The position numbers and the translations under genes were made by a program. Shown one piece after another: positions 1-12,722 of a stretch of 64,000 nucleotides of DNA. The notes under the pieces were generated by a model that saw only the letters and a program-made list of their open reading frames with translations, searched no databases and was not told the DNA's origin. The stretch comes from Raja brachyura (lineage: Eukaryota). The DNA lies in assembly GCA_963514005.1 (NCBI GenBank), contig OY740815.1, positions 9,424,001 through 9,488,000 on the forward strand. The letters run 5' to 3'. Every line of letters starts with the position of its first letter. Positions within the stretch are counted from its first letter, which is position 1.

Positions 1-18
1 CACACCCCCTCCCCACGA

Positions 19-488
19 TCTTCTTCTTCGAGTCCGTTGCAATCTCAGATGTTGTTCTGCCAGTATCTGGCGCAGGTCACAGCTGGTCGGGTCGGTTCTG
101 CCAGGTCCTGGGGGCTGCACTGGGGGGTGTTGTCACACTCCACAGTAGGTGGGACATTGTCTGTACTGCTCCACAGCTGCATGTGTCTTCTGCCTGGTAG
201 TTCCATGCTTTCATAAGTGCTTTACACCTCCCCTGCTCCACTCGTAATCTGTTGAGGGTCTTCCAGGTTGGCCATGGGAGGTCGTGCCCGCTGGCGAGGC
301 ATTCAGTCGGAGTGATTCCTCTCTCCATCCAGTCGTGGGCTCGTTGAGCTGGTTCCATTCATCTTTCCAGATGTTGGTCCTTGTTGTCTCTTTGGTTGTC
401 TGTAGAGGTGGGACTGTCTGCAAGAAACTGGCTCTGGATTTCAGTCGGGGTGGAGGTGCTGTGTGTCCCTGCAGGGGGTGCCTGCCTG
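19..488 (-). mobile_element. 5'-truncated Vingi/Ingi-like non-LTR retrotransposon (3' end)
   Basis: Frameshifted HPLQGH..PRLKSRASFL and GHDLPWPTWKTLNRLR..GRCK..W..CSCG..QTMSHLL..CARYWQNNI* followed by a (GAA)n tail at 19-29; near-perfect flanking repeat cctcccc(a/t)cga at 8-18 and 489-499. Confidence 0.7.
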
Positions 489-1490
489 CCTCCCCTCGAA
501 AATCACTACGCACTGAAATCTGACCTCAAGGCCACACGGCTTTCTGTATGAAGAGACCGTACGACCTCCTTTCTCCCCAGAGTAATAAACTAAGAGTAGA
601 AAGCAATGCCTCTCTACATAAGGCCTTGGTTCTTTTCCGCTCCGTATTTATTGTGAACACAAAGCAGAGGTTGTGTAATGGATAAGGTTGCTCTTATGTT
701 AATTGTCTGCATTGATTTTATCTTTGAGTGTATGTATTTTTGGAAAAGCAACAATTTTTAATGACTGAATTGCTAAGTGCAGTGATTGATGTAGACGTGG
801 GCAGATACAGGCTGGGAAGGTTACTGATTACTGATCTTGAGGAGGTTAGCTGATCTCACTAGGTGGGTCAGAGTCATAAAATGGCTTCTATAGGTTATGG
901 AGTTTCGGAAAGGCGCTTTTTTTGTCTTGATTTTTGTTTTGTGGCTAAACTGACTACAGTTGCCTCATAGATTTACTGATTCCTTCCAACCAAGACACGT
1001 TCCATGGTACTTGGGACCACTACCACCATCCACACGTTCCCATCCGCATACCATCTTGGCTTGGCAATTTGTTGCTGTACTTCAATTTCTGGGTTTAATG
1101 CCTGTAATTCACAGCCCAATCCCAATGTAAATCTTCACCAGATGGACAGCAATACATCAAGAAAGAGGTTCACCAATCCCTTCTTGAGGGGAAGGGGAAT
1201 AGGCAATAAATTCTGACCATGTCAGGCATGTGGGTTTTTCATAAACTATTTGAAACAAAATGATTGCAACTGGCATCAGAATTTCACGCAGCGACAAAGT
1301 GAATTGCATTGAGAGAATAAATTCAGAAGTGTAGGGTGTGTCGGAAGTGGGAAGTTTGAAAATGTTTAATACATTAAAAATGTTTATTCTCGGGAGTTAT
1401 GTACTTTTAAATCTGTGCTCTATTTGTACAGTGGAATGAGGTCCATCAGTGAATGATTCTCATCGTTGGGTTTTGATGATTTATCTTTAG

Positions 1491-1613
<123 letters not shown>

Positions 1614-2589
1614 TAAGTTTCTTTATTTTTTCCACGTTTCTTAATAAATTGGCTGTCCATAATTAATATCATGAAAACTGTCTGGAAATAGTTTTTATTC
1701 ATTCCAGGGATGTGGGCTTCACAGGCTTAAGTACCCAACCCTAATTGCCCTTGAGAAGTTGGTGATGAACTGCATTCTTGAACCGCTATAGTCCTTGAGG
1801 TGTGCGTTTTCCCATATCACCATTAAGTGTACTAATATTGCATGTATTGTGCTGAATGAGTAAGCTGGAGAAGGTTCTAATTTAGTTGTGGTAAGCTACC
1901 CAGTTTCATTTAATAAATATTCCTGGGCTTCTCAATTGTTGTAAAAAAAACAACAGTGTGACGAAGGGAAGGGAACTTAATGTTGTACACTGAACCAGTA
2001 TGCATGGTATCCCACTGAATTCCTAACACCCTCTTATGAGTTCTTATGAAGCAGGGAAAAGTCTGGCCACCACTTTAGTGTGAATACAGATGTTTAAATA
2101 CAGTTTTGAGATCAAATATGTGGAAGCAAATTATTCCATATCAGAGAGAGAAAGGTATTTTGCGAGACCCAAAACGTCGCCTATTCCTTCTCTCCATAGA
2201 TGCTGCCTCAACCGCTGAGTGTCTCCAGCATTCTTTGTCTACCATGGTATCGTTTAGGTTTTGTTGCCAACAATAGTCATTTTTGGGCATTTGTAGCTGC
2301 AATAATGGCAGTCATGTGATCCCAAGGCTTGGTTTGTGATGAACAAGATTTTTAGGTTAGGGTTTTTATCCACTCATTAAAGTCTTTCTGTCATTATATT
2401 CCAGTTAGTAGGTTTTGGTGTACTTTGCTCACAGTGTTCCCAACGTACTTGCCTCTGGAGGTTTTGTCCTAACATCAAGGCTGCCCTGTTGCTTCTGGTG
2501 AAATAATTCTAGCTATGAAATTTTCACCGTCTGCTGCATATAAAAGATTAGAAATGGTTACAGAGCGATGAATAGTGAAAATGATTAAT

Positions 2590-2949
2590 AGATGAAGAGT
2601 GAAAGGCCTGGATAAAGTGGATGTGGACAGGATGTTTCAACTAGTGGGAGAGTCCTGGACCAGAGGTCATAGCCTCAGAATTAAAAGATGTTCCTTTTGG
2701 AAGGAGATAAGGAGGAATTTCTTTAATCAGAAGGTGGTGAATCTGTGGAATTCATAGCCATAGAAGGCTGCAGAGGCCATCAATAGATATTTTTAAGTGA
2801 GAGATACATAGATTCTTGATTAGTATGGGTGCCAGAGGTTATGGGGAGAAGGTAGAATGGGGAGAGATAGATCAGACATGATTGAATGGCAGAGTAGACT
2901 TCATGTGCCAAATGGCCTAATTCTGCACCTATCATTTATGAACCTATGA
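2590..2949 (+). mobile_element. CR1-type LINE 3' fragment
   Basis: Degenerate KGLDKVDVDRMF..GESWTRGHSLRIK..RNFFNQKVVNLWNS plus CR1 3' UTR. Confidence 0.8.
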
Positions 2950-3842
2950 CAAATTGGCATGACTAGTAATAATTTGTGTTTTACATTGAATCAGCATAAA
3001 ATACCACAAGATAGATACCACAAGACTGGATAAACTATTTGCTCAAGGATGTAAGCACTGCTGCAAGCCTACATTTATTTCCCATTTCTAATTGTAATTG
3101 GGACAATTCTATAACAGAGTTCAGGTAACCAACAAACATTATTTTACATTATCAATGACCTCCTGCACTGGTAGTTCTGCGACTGGAAGTAATTAGGCAA
3201 GAATTGCAATACATGTGTATTCTTACTTCCGCTGAAACATTTTCCTCAAAAAAAAATCCCCTGTGTAGCTTTGATTGATGCTCTCATTTTCAGTTATTGA
3301 TTCCTCTTCATGAATTCCCAAACACTGTTCAATAACATCCACAGAAATACAAAAGTTGCAGAGAGATTTTGATGTGGATATTTTTGTGGTAATCTTTCCT
3401 GATGTCTTTCCAAAGGTAATTATTTTTCCTGACCATCAACTACTCAGTTTTTACACAAGCAAAAGTGACAGGCTAACTTGCCAATTGCATTCACTGCCAA
3501 CTATACTTTTTCTCTGCAAAATATTGATTCAACTTTCTAACAGGATCTTTGCACCACAAGGTATATCATGACTTCAGTAAACTGTACAAAAATGCTGCTG
3601 TTGCAGACACACTTAACCATCATGTTCATCTGGTTTGGTGATGCTGTGGGCGGTGCTGGTTTGGGCATAACTGCCTGACTTTACAGAAATTCTGAAAGGA
3701 AATAAAAATAAGTCTTGATATATTATGAAAGGGGCTGAACTAAAATCATTTTTATATTTAATGTTGCTTGGATCAACGTTATGAACTTTTGAGCCATTAT
3801 CAATTCCATATTATTAAAAGTAAAATGTTGGCAAATTGAGGC

Positions 3843-4010
3843 AGACAATAGACAATAGGTGCAGGAGTAGGCCATTCGGCCCTTCGAGCCAGCACCGCCA
3901 TTCAATGTGATCATGGCTGATCATCCCCAATCAGTATCCCGTTCCTACCTTCTCCCCATATCCCCTGACTCCGCTATCTTTAAGAGCCCTATCTAGCGTT
4001 CTCTTGAAAC
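3843..4010 (-). mobile_element. CR1-type LINE 3' end
   Basis: ggtgcaggagtaggccattcggcccttcgagcc block shared with copies at 12.3, 32.3, 35.2 and 45.2 kb. Confidence 0.8.
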
Positions 4011-4012
4011 TA

Positions 4013-4280
4013 TAGTGGTACAGTGGTATTGTTGCTGCTTTACTGATCCAGAGACCCGGGTTCGATCTTGTCAACGGGTGTTGTCTGTACGGAGTTTGTA
4101 CCCGTTTTTCCCCAGGTTCCTCCCACATTCCAAAGACATGCAGATTTGTCGGTGAATTGGCTTCAGTAAAAATTGTAAATTGTCTGCAGTGTGCAGGATA
4201 GTTCTAGCGTCTGGAGTGATTGCTGGTCAGCGGGGACTCAGTGGGCTGAAGGTCTGTTTATCTCTCAAGTCTCAAATAAA
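4013..4280 (+). mobile_element. tRNA-derived V-SINE (HE1-like)
   Basis: B-box-like ccgggttcgatc, V-domain ggagtttgta..cctcccacattccaaagac, CR1-like tail. Confidence 0.75.
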
Positions 4281-4864
4281 CAGGTGTATGATGCTAATAT
4301 CAAAGCTAGCCAGCAAGACATAGAGAACCAGATGGAGCCCTTATCGCAAGAAAAGAGCATAATGAAAGGTGACTAAGAAAAGAGTAAAGTTGACAGGGTT
4401 AAATACAGAACTGTGTGAGAAGGTTCCCATCGGTCCAATTATCTGTCTCTGTGCTCTTAGCATCACGTACTTCTATTTAGTTTAAGGGAACGGCATACAG
4501 TATATTACAGACAAGGCAAGTTGTTTCACCATTTTGTCAAAACCAATTGCAGGATACTATTTCCCAAAACACTGGCAGGAATCCCAAGCAATTAGCCATA
4601 GTTCAACTGCAATTGTTCCTTAAACATAAAGACAAAGAGCCACAAAAAATGTTTCTAACACCCTTCATAACCCTGAGCCGTTCCAAAAAACCTTGGAGGC
4701 AATCAAGTTCTTCTGAAAAGAAACTAGCGTCAAAATGTAGGAAATATGGCACAATGTGGCACGTTCCCACAGATAGCAGTGCATGACGAACCAGTCTTTC
4801 TGATTAAGCAATATTGATTGTTCGTTATATCTTTGGTTTTAGAATAGTGTCATTTGCAACCTTG

Positions 4865-5165
4865 GTTTAGTTTGATTTAGTTTAAAGATGCAGTATGGAA
4901 GCAGGTCCTTTGCCCCACCGAGTCCATGCCGTCCATTGATCACCCATTCACACTAGTTCTATGCTATTGCACTTTTGCATCCCTCCCTGCACACCAGGGG
5001 CAATTTACAGAGTGCAACTTACCTACAAACCCGCACACCATTGAGATGTGGGAGGAAACCCAGGTGGTCACAAGGAGGACATGCAAACTCCACGCAGACC
5101 GCAACCGAGGTCATGATTGAACCAGGGTCTCTGTAATTACGGGACGGCAGCTCTACCAGCTGCCA
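4865..5165 (-). mobile_element. V-SINE (HE1-like)
   Basis: Reverse complement of the same family, with (tttag)n tail at the left end. Confidence 0.75.
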
Positions 5166-6973
5166 CTTTTAACAATAGCTGAACATAGGGCCACCAACTT
5201 TGACTGTGCAGCCTTCCCTCAGTACTCCAGTGGCAGCTTCCCCCAGCACTGTACTAAGTGCTCATCTTTGCAAGTAGACATATCCTGTGACCTTCCGTCT
5301 CAGAGGTTAGAGTGTTGCAACTGAGCCAGTTCAAAAAGAGATGCGTCTCTTTGTTTCGCCAAAATCACCAACTCTCTGGAGGCACATCAGTCTGGTTTGA
5401 TCAGACCCATTTGGATTATGTCGAGGTTGAACCTGCCTGTGATCCATAATTATTACACCAAGTCGAAGCTGGCATCTTTCCCAGATGTGGATAGCAATCC
5501 TGATGCAGCAATGCGTTGATAAGAATCAGTTTTTGGCTCAGACTCCCCTCGAGTATTGTTTCCCATATTTAATTTATTGTTCTGTATTTAATTTTGGTAA
5601 CAATTAATGAGAGCAGTAAGGAACTTGACGAGTTAATTTCTCCATTGTCTTGTGCTGTGTCTCTTGACATAACTAATGAGTATTTTAAAATATTTCTTCA
5701 AGTGAAATCATACCTCAATATATTGCTAAGTAGTTTGTTTCTCCTACTGAGCAGTGAACTTGGATGAAGTTTAACTATCAATCTGTGTCATTAGATTTTT
5801 TAAATAATTTTGTTAATGGCTGGCATTCCTAATCTTCCAATTATATCCATTGGAAGTCTGTATTTATAGGTTTCTTCTTTCTCAATGCAAGTTGCGTCTG
5901 CTGAAGACTGAAACGATATGGTTATATACTGATGGTTAATTGTATGATAGCCACACTATTGGGTACATTCTTATGATATGAGTCAAATGGCGTAATGAAG
6001 CATTCCATAATAATTAAATGTGATTCCCTCCTCCACAACAACCCCCTCCCTCAGTACACACCTCCCACTTGAAGAACATTTGTTTTAGTTTACTTATTGA
6101 ACGAAAAGACCATCTTGTGATTCTACTTACTTTGGTTCTGTACATGTATATAAAATGTAAGAAAACCTGGTTGCCTCATGAAAAAAGTGTCTTCATTCAA
6201 ATTGGAGTAATACAGAGTGGAAACAGGCTCTTCGGCCCAACTTGCCCACACTGGCCAACATGTCCCATCTACACTAGTCTCACCTGCCTGCGTTTGGCCT
6301 CTAAATCAACTCTATCCATGTACCTGTCTAGATGTTTCCAAAACATTGCGATAGTATCTGCTGTTGAAGTTTTCTTATAGTCAACAACCATTCCAAGTTA
6401 ACAGACAATTGTGAACAAAAGAGGGTGTAAGAGACTTGCATTTTGTGAATATATGCCCAGCTCCTCTTAAATCAAGAACCCTCTCCCGTGTCGTGTGGAA
6501 ATCAGTGAGCTCGTTTAATAATGTGTGTCATGATGCAAATGCGGTGACTCACATTGCTGGCTCCATGTCTTTCCTGATTTATGTATGAATGGTTTTAGCT
6601 CTGTTACTTCCTCATCATCCAGCATCCTATGATTACTGGATGGGGTGGGGTTCTGAGTATGAGCTCAAAAATAAGTGTATTTTGCATTGTTATTTGCCTT
6701 TATTGCCCAGTAAGTTCATTGTAAACTAAGACAAGGCTAATTGCTTTTCTCCCTGATTTGTGTTTAACATGAATTCATGCTGACAGCAATGCATCGACCA
6801 GTGAAATGGAGGTTGAATGAGGCCTGTGACCCTCAGTAGCCAATATATTGATTATTTGACAATCAGTTTATTAGGGAAATATGGTTTCTGTAATCAGCCT
6901 AGAAATCAGAAACTACAGCAACTTTTACAATAAAAAGATGGTAATTGTGCCAGGAAAATACAGAGAGTGAAGG

Positions 6974-7451
6974 CAGGCCTACCCTGACTAAAATTCTAAA
7001 AAGGTAATTATTAAATATAAATAATAAAGATTTACAATTCATTTACTAAATTCAGTATTTATTATTAAATGGTTATTATTGTAATAATAGATCTTAGGTA
7101 GGCATAATTCTCCCGTGCCTTTCATCCACAGTACGCATAACTATATTCAACTCGCGTGCCGTGGATGCTGCCTCAAGCCTTCACTGACAACGGGCAATAA
7201 AGGCAGCTGAAATCCTGCCTTTGCACCGTGGACTGCGCGCAAGGTGCTACGCATGCCCACAGGGGAGGAGACCAATCTCCGCATGCGCGTTTTTTGAAGA
7301 TTTTGTAAAAGTTGACTGACTGTCTACAGGACCGATCTGCGCATGCGCGATTTTACGAATTTTTTTCTGCGCATGCGCAGTTTTTTGCACTTTTTAAAGG
7401 TCACTGACTGCCCAGTGCCTACCCTGAGTAATTACTCACGGCACGTGCCTG
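6974..7451. mobile_element. Non-autonomous hAT-like DNA transposon
   Basis: Ends CAGGC..GCCTG, perfect 8-bp TSD agtgaagg (6966-6973, 7452-7459), internal repeated gcgcatgcgc. Confidence 0.7.
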
Positions 7452-8199
7452 AGTGAAGGGTGGTTGGTGCAAATTATCTTGATTCGCAACGTTTAAGAAA
7501 CATTTAGACAGGTACATGGATGGGGGAGATTTAGAGAGATATGGGCCAAAATCAGGCAGGTGGGACTAGTGTATATGGGGCATGTTGGTCAGCGTGGGTA
7601 AGTTGGGCTGAAGGGCCTGTTTCCACTCAATGATACACAACAGTATGCGAAGCAGGATTATTGGAATTATCCAATAACATCCCGTCTGTCTGGCTGGAGT
7701 TATCACAATATGCAGCTTTGGTTTAAATAATTGCAGAAAGATTTATTTTGCAATCATATCCAACAAAATATTGAGACTAAAACAGACGGATCAAAAGTAG
7801 GTTTCTTAGAAACATTTTCTCCAAATTGTTCACAATTGAGGTGAAGTGAAAACAAATACCAATAAAGGACAGGTTGGCGTGTTGTTCCACTGCCAAAACT
7901 CACATGAAACAAAAAAGCATGTTAATAAAACAGAAGGACCCAGATCCTTCAGCCAATTATGATCTCATAGGTGTACAAGTACAAAAATAACTACAGACTT
8001 GTTAAACTGCAGATTTGTTATAAATAGTAATTCTTAGCATGTTTCTCTAAGCTCGATCAAAGATAAAAACATTTTGGCTGAAGGTTTTAAAGCACATGGA
8101 TAAATTCTCTGAATTACAAATTCCTGTGGATAGGTTTAATTTTTTTTAATTAAAAAATGTGATTACTTATTACCATACATCATTTACAGGAACATGTCT

Positions 8200-9250
8200 A
8201 TAATACACCAGAACAGAATAAAAAAGTATCAAGAATAGGCCACCTAGCTCCTCAAGTCTGTCTTGCCATTCAGTATGATCATGAGTGATCTGCCCCAATC
8301 CTCTTCTGTGTCAGTTCCACAAAATCCTCAATACCCTGATCTTTAAAACAAAATCAGCTTCCCACCCCCCTGAGTAATCTCAACTTGATAACTCTCCAGG
8401 GTAGAGATTTCACATTCGTCACCATCTATGAAAAGAAATTCCTCAGCTCCTTGGTTATAAATGTCTTTTTCCTGTCCTTGTAAATGTTTTCATGTTTCAT
8501 CCTGTCTCACAAGTGGAATCATCTCAATGTCCACCCTGCCATGCCTCCTTAGCATCTTGTATGTTTCAATAAGATCACTCCTCACGCTTCTAAACTCCAA
8601 AGAATACAGATCTAACTTTTTAAACGGTTGGTAATAGAACATCCCTCTCATCACAGAAACAAACCTTTTGAATCTCTTCGGGAATGCACCTCCAATGCTA
8701 GAACAACTTTTTTTAAATACGCAACCATCCATTTAGAAAATAATCTGACCTCATTCTTTTTAGCTAAGTGGATGGCCATGCACTTTCCAACATTGAACTT
8801 TGTTTAACAAAATGTTCCCACTTATTCAACCTATCCATATCCTTTTTCATATTACAGCCCTCCCACCTGTTTTCATGCCATCAGCAAATTTGGATACCGT
8901 ACTATTATATTTATCTCTTCCTTATTATTAATGTAGATGGCAAACAGGTGAGGGCCAATAACTGATCCTTGGGGCAATCCACTAGCCTGAACAAAAATGA
9001 AACATTTCTTCAACGTTGAAATTATAACATTTATTCTGACTTTCTATGAGATGAATGGTCTTAAATCCACGTGATTGTTTCCTCCACCCCCGCCCTCCAA
9101 TGGTGCATGTTCTAATCGTGCACCAGCTTTTTTTATACGACACATAATCTTAATGCCTTCTGGAATCTAAATGCACTACATCTGTAGGCTTCTTGTATCC
9201 TCAAAAAAAAGTAGCACATTTGTCAGTCATGATTTTTCTTCCATTTAAAA
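8200..9250 (-). mobile_element. Old degenerate CR1 fragments
   Basis: LDLYSLEFRSVRSDLIETYKMLR..RVDIE in ORF 8490..8732 and further RT-like remnants. Confidence 0.6.
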
Positions 9251-9409
9251 TATGTTGACTCAGTTTGATTGCTTTAGATCTCTTTCTTTACTTCTTCCTT
9301 GCTTATAGACTCAAACTCCTTGTAGCAGCAAATGTTTATATATGGGACCAAAAGTTTCTGTCTTTCTCGACTAGAGCAAGAAAGTCACATTTGGGCCTTT
9401 TCAGGGAGT

Positions 9410-9870
9410 TGTGGGTCGAGCCCAGACCATTACTCAAACCAACCTCCCTTCTAATCACTCCATCTGCACCACGCTGCCTTGGCAAGGCCACCAGCATAAT
9501 CAAGGACCGGTCTCACCTCAGCCACTCCCTATTTTTCCCTCTCCATTAGGCAGGAGGGACAGAAGTTTGAAGACACATACCTCCAGATTCAGCTGAAATC
9601 GGGCAACTGAATTGTCCTCTCACCAGTTAGATTGTGGTCCTGGCCACCGATCTACCTCAACGGAGTCCTTTGAACTATCTTTAATTGGACCTATTTGGAT
9701 TTTATCTAAATGACCCCAAAGAACAACACGTCATACCCTTTATCCTGTATCTTTACACTGTGGGCGGCTTGAGTATAATCATGTCTAGTCTTTTCTTGAC
9801 TGGATAGCAAGCTGCGGAAATGTTTTTCATTGTACTTCAGTATATATGACAATAATAAACTAGACTAAAC
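9410..9870 (+). mobile_element. Rex1/Babar-type LINE 3' end
   Basis: RCLGKATSIIKD.SH.SHSLF..GRRDRSLKTHTSRF, with 3' tail ..tgacaataataaactagactaaac. Confidence 0.7.
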
Positions 9871-11111
9871 TTCAATCCACTGGTGCCCTTCCAGAATCCG
9901 TGTAAATGGAGAATTTATAGAAATAACATTCAAGTGGTGGGAAAATCTAATAGGCCCACCGCACCAAAATCCTGAGAGTGCTGAAAGAACAGAGTATTAC
10001 AGTACCTTGGTGCTCGTGATAATAACGATCAGATTTGGTTCCCAATAGCCAAAGTGATAATCTATGTATGTGTGTCATCCACATGATGACACCAAGCAAC
10101 ATAATTAAAAAATGTATAAAGTTTCACATTTGGAGCATCACCAATTGTGATCCTGGGATCTTTCTTCAAATTAAGAGATTAGGGCGTTGATGGTGTTAAT
10201 CTCTTGAATTTATTGTTAACCTTTGTAACAGAGGGTGGTGAGTGCCTGGAATGCACTACCGGACGATAGTGGCTTTTGCGAGACCTTTGGATAGGCGTAT
10301 GGATATGCAGGGAATGGAGAGATATGGATTATGAGCAGGTAGATAAGAAATGGTATCATGTTCACCCCTGACATTGTGGGATGACGGGCCTATTCTTGTG
10401 TTGTACTATGTGGGCGGAAGGGTCTACTCTTGTGTTGTAATAACATTTGCCCATTTCTAAGATCCAAAGAGTTATTTGTTTTAGCTTTTCAGATTTTTTG
10501 ACTTTTAGAGTGGTGCCGTAAGGAAGATCTTGAATTTATATAACTCGTTCTATATCAATGGCTACGGTTTATTAATTAAATTACTTTTGAATTGAACTCA
10601 TGAACCCTAGAAAAAATGCACGACTAATTGTCCTGCTAATCTTTGTTTTCCTGGAATTGATTGATGAGGACAATTGAGAAAATTATTTTTCCTTTAATCA
10701 AGTAATGCTTTGGGTCTCCACAAAAATTAGTAGGATAGCATCTTACTTAACAGATCGTGGAGTTAGCTGATGTCTTTTGCCAGGTGATTCCATGCTGTTC
10801 CATCCAGGTGTCGGGAGTTATGGGGAGCATGCAGGAGAATGGGATTAGAAGGGAGAGATAGATCAGCCATGAGTGAATGGTGGAGTAGACTTGATGGGCC
10901 GATTGGCCTTATTGTGCTATCACATGAACTTATGAACCTATGATTCAGGTTGTGTAATTGGGAAAAAAACAACCGTACTTATTTAGAGAGAGGTATTTTT
11001 AAATACACCAAGCGAACCTAACAAGGATAATAAAAGCAAGTTGCTTTCCCTCATGGTGAACCAAATGCAGAAATTAAACTAAAATTAGAAGTTGCAGACG
11101 TCATGCATCAA

Positions 11112-11298
11112 TGTAGGAAAGAACTGCAGATGCTGGTTTAAATCGAAGATAGACCCAAAATGCTGGAGTAACTCAGCGGGACAGACAGCATCTCTGAAGT
11201 GAAGGAATGGGTGACGTTTCCGGTCGAGACTGAAGAAGGGTCTCCCCAGAGATGCTGCCTATCCCGCTGAGTTACGACAGCATTTTGTGTCGACCTTC
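11112..11298. mobile_element. Palindromic Penelope-derived short element
   Basis: About 50-bp inverted arms (gaagatagacccaaaatgctggagtaactcagcggg / cccgctgagttacgacagcattttgtgtcgaccttc) matching the termini of the GIY-YIG elements at 26.2 and 59.1 kb. Confidence 0.7.
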
Positions 11299-11313
11299 AT
11301 GCAATGTATTTAG

Positions 11314-11475
<162 letters not shown>

Positions 11476-12290
11476 TGATTGCTTAAAAGGTTATGCATGC
11501 TTAGGCATTTCCTGATTCTGCACTGCTGATGTCATGGGAATAACGAGACAAGCAAGTACTTTCAATTGATAGGATTGCACAACATTAGCAACAATGCAAG
11601 CTTGCATTTGTTGTGCAGTTTTCACAGTGTCAGGTAACTCACTGTTCTGGATGACCAGTGAAGTCTTTTTCTCAACGTTAAGCCAGTGCTGTAGAGTAGA
11701 AAAAAATGTAGCAAATGGTTTATTTACAGCAAATAACCTCAACAGCATTGTGTTCAAGTCATCACAGAATCATAATGTTTACAGCATGGATAAAGGCCAA
11801 TCTGGTTCCACATAAGAGCAGTGCGGCAAGTCTCAGTCCCCTGGTGGATAATAAATAAAATGCTGGCTAGAAAACCTTTATGGTAATCTTCAAATATTTC
11901 TCCGCAATCTTTTACATCCTGTTAAGTAAGCAGATATATTAATTGAAAGTTAACGCCTCTGAAATTATGGAAATCAATTTAACAGTTGGGGAGAAAAAAA
12001 TAGCATCAGGAGTGAAGGATGTGAAATTTCACTGCAGTGGGGCGTTTCACCTTTATCTTCTACATCTTCTCCTTTTTGATTGTCTTAGTTGTTGTAAAAT
12101 GTGACTGGATAATGTAATATTTGTAATTTCACTAAATGCCTTGGCATGGAAGGGATTTATGCCTGGTGGCATAGTCTTTTGAGTTTATATACACATGCAG
12201 TGAATATTTGTTCTGGGGAGGAAACTAAAAAAGTGCAGAAACAAAATGCTTAAACTTCACAACTGGCAAAGTTTTTCATTCCATTATACT

Positions 12291-12722
12291 AAACATAGAA
12301 ACATGGAAAATAGGTGCAGGAGGAGGCCATTCGGCCCTTCGAGCCAGCACCGCCATTCATTGCGATCATGGCTGATCGTCCCCAATCAATAACCCATGCC
12401 TGCCTTCTCCCATATCCCTTGACTCCACTAGCCCCTAGAGCTCTATCTAACTCTCTCTTAAATCCATCCAGTGATTTGGCCTCCACTGCCCTGTGTGCAG
12501 GGAATTCCATAAATTCAGAACTCTCTGGGTAAAAAAGTTTTTTTCTCACCTCAGTCTTAAATGACCTCCCCTTTATTCTAAGACTGTGGCCCCTGGTTCT
12601 GGACTCACCCAACATTGGGAACATTTTTCCTGCATCTAGCTTGTCCAGTCCTTTTATAATTTGGCACCCCTTCATCCATTTTACTTGTCACATCCCCCAA
12701 AAATTCTAGAAGATTAGTCAAA
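12291..12722 (-). mobile_element. Internally deleted CR1 LINE copy
   Basis: IIKGLDKLDAGKMFPMLGESRTRGHSLRIKG fused directly to early-RT DVTSKMDEG; near-identical to 45234-45660. Confidence 0.85.
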
